Positions 58,309-64,000 of a DNA stretch of 64,000 nt are shown here, piece after piece; positions within the stretch are counted from its first letter, which is position 1; the number at the start of each line of letters is the position of its first letter. Source of the stretch: Elusimicrobiota bacterium. Lineage in GTDB: Bacteria; Elusimicrobiota; Elusimicrobia; Elusimicrobiales; UBA9959. Made by a program: the position numbers and the translations under genes. Where the stretch lies: NCBI GenBank assembly GCA_012517285.1, contig JAAYVG010000005.1:6304-70303 (forward strand). The letters run 5' to 3'. Below the pieces are notes generated by a model, which was not told where the DNA came from, ran no database searches, and saw only the letters and a list, made by a program, of their open reading frames with translations.

Positions 58309-60402
58309 ATGAACAGAATCCAATCTCATCCGGTCTTGGATGTTCCTCAAAAAAAGGAAATAAAATTTTATTTTGATGATAAAGAGCTTGTAGGTTATGA
58401 GGATGAAATGATATCATCAGCACTTTTTGCAAATGGTATAAAAATATTTAGCTATCATAGAAAGGACAACTCACCTCAGGGAATCTTCTGTGCTAATGGA
58501 CAGTGCTCTCAGTGCAGCGTTGTGGCGGATAACATGGTGGTTAAGGCATGTATAACAAAGATAAAAGAGGGTATGAGGATTCAAACTTTGAAGGGTCTTA
58601 GAAAGCTCAATATTGAAAAAGATATTCATTTTAATTATTCAAAAATAGAAGAGATTGAAACCGATGTCCTAATCATTGGTGGTGGGCCGAGCGGTCTTAG
58701 AGCAGCCTCAGAGCTTGGAAGGTTTGCACTTAATGTGATACTTATTGACGATAAGGATAAATTAGGTGGCAAGCTTGTGCTTCAAACTCATAAATTTTTT
58801 GGTTCTGTTGAAGACTGTTTTGCTGGGACTCGTGGTATAGATATAGCTGATAAGCTTTCATCAGATTTGGCTGAATATCCATTCGTTAAATACTGGACAG
58901 GTTCAACAGCTTTTGGAGTGTTTGCTGATAAAAAAATAGGTATTGTCAGGGATGACACCTGCTGTCTTATAAAGCCAAAGGCTGTGATATTTGCAACAGG
59001 GGCAAGGGAAAAAACTCTTATTTTTGAAGGCAATACGCTGCCGGGTATATATGGTGCTGGTGCATTTCAAACACTGCTTAACAGAGATCTTGTAAAGCCA
59101 TCATCCAATCTATTTGTCGTTGGTGGTGGAAATGTTGGTCTGATAGCATCATATCATGCTATACAGGCTGGTGTTAATGTCGTTGGATTGTGTGAGATAG
59201 CCAATAAATGTGGTGGATATAAGGTTCATGAGGATAAAATAAGAAGACTCGGTGTCCCAATATTTAATAATCATACTGTATTAAAAGCTGAGGGCTCAGA
59301 TATGATTGAAAGGGTTATTATATCGGAGGTTGATAAAAATTTCAAACCTATAAAGGGTAGTGAAAAGGTTTTTGAGGTTGACACACTGCTCGTTGCAGCA
59401 GGACTAAATCCTGTGAATGAGCTTTATGAACAGGCTTTAAATTGTCAGATTCCATCATTTATATGCGGTGATGCCGAGGAAATTGCAGAAGCTTCAGCTG
59501 CAATGTTCAGTGGACGAATTGCTGCTCATAAGGTTTTAAAACATCTTGGATTTGTAACGAGCGATGTTCCGAAGTTCTGGTTCGATAAATTAGAGGTTTT
59601 AAAATCAAGGCCAGGCAAAACATATGAAAATATTAAAAATTCTGTTACAAATATTGTTTATCCATCCATTCATTGTAATCAGGAGATTCCGTGCAATCCA
59701 TGTGTGACGGTATGCCCTAAAAAATCAATAAAACTCAGTGGTGATAGCATAGTAAATATTCCAAAGTTCAGCGGTGATTGTATAGGCTGTTTTAAATGTC
59801 TTTTGATATGCCCGGGGTTAGCAATAACAATTGTTGATAAAAGGAAAGACATTAATAATCCAACAGTATGGATCCCTTTTGAGGTGGATGCTGGAATAAA
59901 AAAAGGTGATAAGGTCAAGGCTGTGGATATAAATGGGAATTTTTTAACCGAGGCTGAGGTGGTTGATGTTAGATTTTTTAATGCTGAAAAGACGGCAGCT
60001 ATAGCTATCAAAATTGATGCTGCTATGGCTGATGATGTTGCCTCAATAAAAATAATAAATCCAGAAACATTTAAAAAAACTGATGCCGATATATCACTTA
60101 TGAGTGATGATGTTATAATATGTCGGTGTGAGAGGGTTAAGCTTGGGGATATAAGGAAATGGATAAGAAGGGGAGTAAGAGATCTCAATCAACTCAAGGC
60201 CCTTACAAGGCTAGGTATGGGAGCATGTGGATCCAAAACTTGTTCAAGCCTTATTATGAGCATAATGAGGTCTGAGGGTATAAATCCACAGGATGTGACA
60301 GAGCTAACAAAAAGGCCATTTTTTGTTGAGATAAATTTTGGTTCTTTTGCTGGCTTAAACAAAAAAGAAGAGGAAACTAAGAATAAATTCAGTGACTTCT
60401 GA
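58309..60402 (+). CDS. Fused 2Fe-2S / FAD-NAD oxidoreductase / 2x4Fe-4S / BFD-like 2Fe-2S protein (sarcosine oxidase alpha or proline dehydrogenase-like)
   Basis: GIFCANGQCSQC...C, GGGPSG, ATGARE, GGGNVG, CNPCVTVCP, CIGCFKCLLICP and CRCE...GMGACGSKTC motifs. Confidence 0.88.
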   Translation: MNRIQSHPVLDVPQKKEIKFYFDDKELVGYEDEMISSALFANGIKIFSYHRKDNSPQGIFCANGQCSQCSVVADNMVVKACITKIKEGMRIQTLKGLRKLNIEKDIHFNYSKIEEIETDVLIIGGGPSGLRAASELGRFALNVILIDDKDKLGGKLVLQTHKFFGSVEDCFAGTRGIDIADKLSSDLAEYPFVKYWTGSTAFGVFADKKIGIVRDDTCCLIKPKAVIFATGAREKTLIFEGNTLPGIYGAGAFQTLLNRDLVKPSSNLFVVGGGNVGLIASYHAIQAGVNVVGLCEIANKCGGYKVHEDKIRRLGVPIFNNHTVLKAEGSDMIERVIISEVDKNFKPIKGSEKVFEVDTLLVAAGLNPVNELYEQALNCQIPSFICGDAEEIAEASAAMFSGRIAAHKVLKHLGFVTSDVPKFWFDKLEVLKSRPGKTYENIKNSVTNIVYPSIHCNQEIPCNPCVTVCPKKSIKLSGDSIVNIPKFSGDCIGCFKCLLICPGLAITIVDKRKDINNPTVWIPFEVDAGIKKGDKVKAVDINGNFLTEAEVVDVRFFNAEKTAAIAIKIDAAMADDVASIKIINPETFKKTDADISLMSDDVIICRCERVKLGDIRKWIRRGVRDLNQLKALTRLGMGACGSKTCSSLIMSIMRSEGINPQDVTELTKRPFFVEINFGSFAGLNKKEEETKNKFSDF

Positions 60403-60404
60403 AA

Positions 60405-60689
60405 TAGTGGTCAGTGCCTGCCTGCCGAAGCCGCTTCGGCGCAGGCAGGGACAGTGGTCAGTGGACAGCAAAACAAAAGCAGTGATCAGAAAAAACAAAC
60501 AGCAATAGTGGACAGAAGACAGAACTCAGAAAACAGAAGTCAGATGTCAGAAAACAGAACTTGCCTGCCGAAGCCGCTTCGGCGCAGGCAGGGACGGAGG
60601 ACAGAAAAGGCAAAAGCGATAATGGTCAGCGAATAAGGTGATTCCTTTTACTGACAACTATCCACAAATCACTGATCACTAATCACTGA
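60405..60689. repeat. Intergenic heptamer mosaic with 33-bp palindrome copies 4 and 5
   Basis: CAGTGG and CAGA heptamers; palindromes at 60417-60449 and 60560-60592; spacer GAATAAGGTGATTCCTTTT and inverted ACTGATC arm as at 9460-9517. Confidence 0.92.
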
Positions 60690-60725
60690 AATTTTGTTTA
60701 TAAAATTTGTTCTGGAGGAGATATT

Positions 60726-61871
60726 ATGGAAAAGTTTGATATCATAATAGCTGGTGCTGGTAGTATAGGTGTTCCGCTCTCACTTTTTCTGTCAAAGGAA
60801 AAATACAGAGTTTGTGTTATAGAAAAAAACCATTCACCCGGTCAAGGTCAGAATAAAGCAGCAATAGGAGGGGTACGAGCAACACACTCCGATTCATCAA
60901 AGATAAAAACCTGTCTTAAGAGCATAGAGATATTCTCATCATGGAAAGAAACCTATGGTGATGATATAGGCTGGCAGAAAGGGGGATATCTTTTTCCTGT
61001 TTACAGTGAGAGTGATAAGAAGGTTTTACTTGAATTGTTAAAGGTTCAGAAGAACTACGGTTTAAACATCGAATGGATAGAAAAGGATGATATCCTTGAG
61101 CTTGTTGATGGGATAGATGACAGAGGACTTTTAGGTGGTACATATTCACCTGATGATGGGTCTGCTTCATCGATCCTTTCGTCAAACGCATTTTATTTTA
61201 AATCACTTGAATATGGAACAACATTTAAGTTTAATGAAAATATAAATGAGATATCAAAAAAAGAAAACTTTGTGATAAGGACTAACAAGGGTGAGTATGA
61301 GTCAGAGTATTTTATAAATGCTGCTGGATCTCATGCAAAAGCAGTATCGCTTATGTTGGGTGTTGATGTTCCTGTTAAACCTGACTGTCATATGGCAGCA
61401 ATAACAGAGCCACTTGAGAGATTTATGAAGCCTATGGTTGTTGATATCAGAAAGGGGGAAGCTTCATCTAACTGTTATTTCTATCAGAACTTTGAGGGTC
61501 AGATAATATTTTGTCTAACCCCTTCACCACAGATTTGGGGGTATGACAGGAGGGCATCATCAGAATTTTTAAATGAGTCTGCCAAAAGAGTTTTAAGTGT
61601 TGTCCCATCAATGAAAAATGTAAGGGTTAGAAGGATGTGGAGAGGACTCTATCCTATGACTCCTGATGGTTTCCCTGTGGTGGATTTTGATGCCGGTGGA
61701 ATTAAAAATTATATACTTGCAGTTGGTATGTGCGGGCAGGGATTTATGATGGGACCTGGAACAGGATGGGTTATAACGGAGATACTTTCAGGAAGAAAAA
61801 AGAAGGACGATGATATGGTGATTAACTTTAAGCTTGAAAGGAGCTACTCTGGTCAGGAGAAGCTTAAATAA
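60726..61871 (+). CDS. DAO-family FAD-dependent oxidoreductase (sarcosine oxidase beta or proline dehydrogenase beta-like)
   Basis: IAGAGSIG, INAAG, W.GLYPMTPDGFP and GMCGQGFMMGP motifs. Confidence 0.9.
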   Translation: MEKFDIIIAGAGSIGVPLSLFLSKEKYRVCVIEKNHSPGQGQNKAAIGGVRATHSDSSKIKTCLKSIEIFSSWKETYGDDIGWQKGGYLFPVYSESDKKVLLELLKVQKNYGLNIEWIEKDDILELVDGIDDRGLLGGTYSPDDGSASSILSSNAFYFKSLEYGTTFKFNENINEISKKENFVIRTNKGEYESEYFINAAGSHAKAVSLMLGVDVPVKPDCHMAAITEPLERFMKPMVVDIRKGEASSNCYFYQNFEGQIIFCLTPSPQIWGYDRRASSEFLNESAKRVLSVVPSMKNVRVRRMWRGLYPMTPDGFPVVDFDAGGIKNYILAVGMCGQGFMMGPGTGWVITEILSGRKKKDDDMVINFKLERSYSGQEKLK

Positions 61872-61920
61872 ATTTATCTTTACAATATTAGTTATAATAT
61901 TTTTTTATGGAGGAACCTAT

Positions 61921-62679
61921 ATGAGAACACCGATGATAGCTGGGAACTGGAAGATGCACTTAACAACGTTTGAGGCTATGGAGTTAGCTGCTGCTATAAA
62001 AAATGGTATTAGCACTGACTTGAATCGAGAAGTTTTGATTGCCCCTAGTTTTACCAATCTTCAGGTTGTAAAAAAAGCGATATCAGGCAGCAAAATACTT
62101 CTTTCAGCGCAGAATATGTGCTGGGAGGAGAAAGGGGCATTTACTGGTGAGGTATCACCACTACAACTTAAGGACATTGGTTGTGATTATGTAATAATAG
62201 GACATTCTGAAAGAAGAAAGATATTTTATGAAACGGATGATATGCTCAATAAGAAGGTAAAATCAGCTTTAAAAAATGGTTTAAAAATAATCTTTTGTAT
62301 AGGTGAAACAATTGAAGAAAGAGAAAATCAGCAGACATACAATGTATTGAAAACACAGGTTAATAATGGGCTAAAAGATATAACTGATTTTGAGATGTCA
62401 AATCTTGTTATAGCATATGAGCCAGTCTGGGCCATAGGAACAGGAAGAACCGCAACCCCAGAACAGGCAGAGGATGCACATATATTTATAAGAAGAGAGA
62501 TTGAAAGAATATTTAATAAACATATATCAGAAAGTATAAGGATACTTTATGGTGGTTCTGTTAAGGCAGAAAATATTGATGATTTAATGGCCTGTAAAAA
62601 CATAGATGGAGCTCTTGTTGGTGGTGAAAGCCTTAAAGCTGAGAAGTTTTTAAGAGTGATAAATTATATGACTAAATAG
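61921..62679 (+). CDS. tpiA: Triosephosphate isomerase
   Basis: IAGNWKM, GHSERR, AYEPVWAIGTG and YGGSV motifs; true start is the ATG at 61921 behind GGAGG. Confidence 0.98.
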   Translation: MRTPMIAGNWKMHLTTFEAMELAAAIKNGISTDLNREVLIAPSFTNLQVVKKAISGSKILLSAQNMCWEEKGAFTGEVSPLQLKDIGCDYVIIGHSERRKIFYETDDMLNKKVKSALKNGLKIIFCIGETIEERENQQTYNVLKTQVNNGLKDITDFEMSNLVIAYEPVWAIGTGRTATPEQAEDAHIFIRREIERIFNKHISESIRILYGGSVKAENIDDLMACKNIDGALVGGESLKAEKFLRVINYMTK

Positions 62680-62961
62680 GGGTCAGTGAAAAATCCTAAC
62701 GGTGGAGATTTAGGACAATAAAAAAAGGTTAAGATTAAGATTGAGGTTAAGGAGAAAAGACGAAACAGAGGTCAGAAGACAGATGTCAGAAAGCAGAACC
62801 TTTATACAACTTCGTAAGTTGGATAGGTTATAAACGCTTTTATTCAATTGTTCATCTTGATTTTTATCGTTTACACATCCTGACTTAATCTGTCTTCATC
62901 TTGATTGAATCTGTTTACATCTCGATGATTAAACAACCAGATAACTTTTTTAGTGCCTCTA
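62677..62961. repeat. Intergenic repeat mosaic bounded by degenerate MITE-type ends
   Basis: Left end TAGGGGTCAGTGAAAAAT, hexamers 62727-62752, CAGA heptamers 62766-62800, CAACTTCGTAAGTTGG (62807-62822), ~20-mers, right end ACTTTTTTAGTGCCTCTA. Confidence 0.85.
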
Positions 62962-63044
62962 TGACAGTGAATTTTAAAGTTTAGCTATCAGATAGTTTGC
63001 TTTTAATGAAAAAATTTTGTAAATTAATATTATTGAATTAATAT

Positions 63045-63116
63045 TCCCCGGTAGCTCAATGGTGGAGCGTTCGGCTGTTAACCGACAGGTTGCAGGTTCG
63101 AGTCCTGCCCGGGGAG
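63045..63116 (+). tRNA. tRNA-Asn (GTT), CCA not encoded
   Basis: Acceptor stem TCCCCGG/CCGGGGA, D-arm GCTC-AATGGTG-GAGC, anticodon loop CTGTTAA, T-arm GCAGG-TTCGAGT-CCTGC. Confidence 0.97.
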
Positions 63117-63139
63117 CATCCTGCTAATCTTATCTGGGA

Positions 63140-63283
63140 GAAAGCCAACGGTTTGGCTTTCGTCAGGACTCGAAAGTCCGCAGTCCCGATTGTGCTGTAA
63201 TATCGGGATGAGGAGCGGCCTGCGAAACCCAGTGGAATAATTTGCTTTGCAAATTAAAATCCAAATGATTTTATTCCACAGGG
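63140..63283. repeat. Cluster of GC-rich hairpins downstream of the tRNA
   Basis: AAAGCCAA/TTGGCTTT, GGACT-CGAA-AGTCC, TCCCGAT/ATCGGGA (63184-63208), CCCAGTGGAATAA/TTATTCCACAGGG (63228-63283). Confidence 0.7.
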
Positions 63284-63363
63284 TCATTTGTAGGCAAATT
63301 CCATCACGTCCATCCTGGTACTAATAGACAGCGGTAAGATGTCGAGTGTTAGGGAGTTTAGAT

Positions 63364-64000
63364 ATGGAGAATGAAAAAACTTTAATTACTGATTTTGATT
63401 TGGACTTGATTTGTGATTATTTTGGAAGGTTGGATCGGCAGGGACCTGGTAATCCTGAATCTACTATTAGAGCATTGAGTTTTATTGACAATTTTTCAGA
63501 TGAATTAAAAATTGCGGATTTTGCTTGTGGAACAGGTGGTCAAACAATGATTTTAGCACAAAATACAAAAGGAACTATTACTGGACTTGATATTTCTCCC
63601 TATTTTATTGAAAAATTTAATACAAACGCTGAAAAGCTTGGTTTGCAGAATAGGGTGAAAGGCATTGTCTGTTCAATGGATAATTTACCGTTTCAAAATG
63701 AAGAATTTAATGTTATATGGTCTGAAGGGGCTATTGCCAATATAGGTTTTGAAAAAGGCTTGAATTATTGGAAAGGTTTCTTAAAAAAAGACGGCTATAT
63801 TGCTGTAACATATGAGTCATGGTTTACTGATGAGCGACCTACTGAAATTGAAAAGTTTTGGGTTGATGCTGTTCCTGAAATAGGTACAATAGGACATAAT
63901 ATTTCAATAATGCAAAAAGCCGGTTATAGTCTTGTCGCCGCATTTGTATTGCCTGAAAGATGTTGGATAGATACTTATTTTACTCCGCAGAAAACAATAC
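63364..64000 (+). CDS. Class I SAM-dependent methyltransferase (partial, runs off the window)
   Basis: Not in the ORF track. Translation gives [29 protein letters not shown]...[12 protein letters not shown]...SMDNLPF...IWSEGAI, with no stop before the window end. Confidence 0.92.
   Translation, partial: MENEKTLITDFDLDLICDYFGRLDRQGPGNPESTIRALSFIDNFSDELKIADFACGTGGQTMILAQNTKGTITGLDISPYFIEKFNTNAEKLGLQNRVKGIVCSMDNLPFQNEEFNVIWSEGAIANIGFEKGLNYWKGFLKKDGYIAVTYESWFTDERPTEIEKFWVDAVPEIGTIGHNISIMQKAGYSLVAAFVLPERCWIDTYFTPQKTI

Noticed and set aside
59679-60188. 169-aa minus-strand ORF and the many other short ORFs nested in long genes
   Set aside because: They are shadow frames of well-supported genes with no recognisable motifs.
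61834-61920. N-terminal extension of TpiA in the ORF track
   Set aside because: It overlaps the upstream gene; the ATG at 61921 has a GGAGG RBS and matches the normal TpiA start.
63135-63230. Hammerhead ribozyme downstream of the tRNA
   Set aside because: The minus strand has CTGACGA plus a stem but no GAAA after it; the plus strand has GGATGAG...CGAAAC but lacks the CUGA core.
63078-63287. 69-aa minus-strand ORF
   Set aside because: It is antisense to tRNA-Asn and its hairpin trailer.
63340-63363. Integron attC/attI core before the methyltransferase
   Set aside because: GTTAGGG does not fit GTTRRRY, no matching inverse core was seen, and there is no integrase in the window.

Overview
Low-GC, gene-dense bacterial chromosome segment from a diderm. 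An Elusimicrobiota-like origin is my inference from overall protein character and has not been tested. The core content is the end of the rpsD-rpoA-rplQ operon running straight into mreBCD-mrdA-rodA-DUF2344-rng, then an amidase and murI, an outer-membrane beta-barrel, two GH57 glycogen enzymes, dacB and a YcbK/MepK peptidase, korAB, pilMNOPQ followed by two O-antigen-ligase-like genes, a cardiolipin synthase, an M16 peptidase pair, a fused Fe-S/flavin oxidoreductase with its DAO-family partner, tpiA and tRNA-Asn. The most unusual signal is non-coding. Nearly every longer intergenic gap is a mosaic of reused repeat modules: 6-, 7-, 8- and ~20-bp tandem units, MITE-like terminal inverted repeats, and several GC-rich hairpins. 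A 33-bp bulged palindrome occurs five times; in three cases it sits at the same register of a heptamer array with no target duplication. A REP-associated HUH tyrosine transposase (RAYT) is present, with its likely promoter enclosed by an inverted pair of REP-like hairpins. Together these suggest a nested, possibly RAYT-driven system of short mobile hairpins. Other points are an orphan HicA with Tyr in place of the catalytic His, a frameshifted IS remnant, and a tRNA trailer complementary to its own T-arm followed by a Bacteroidota-like methyltransferase. All protein assignments come from motif recognition; no database searches were run.
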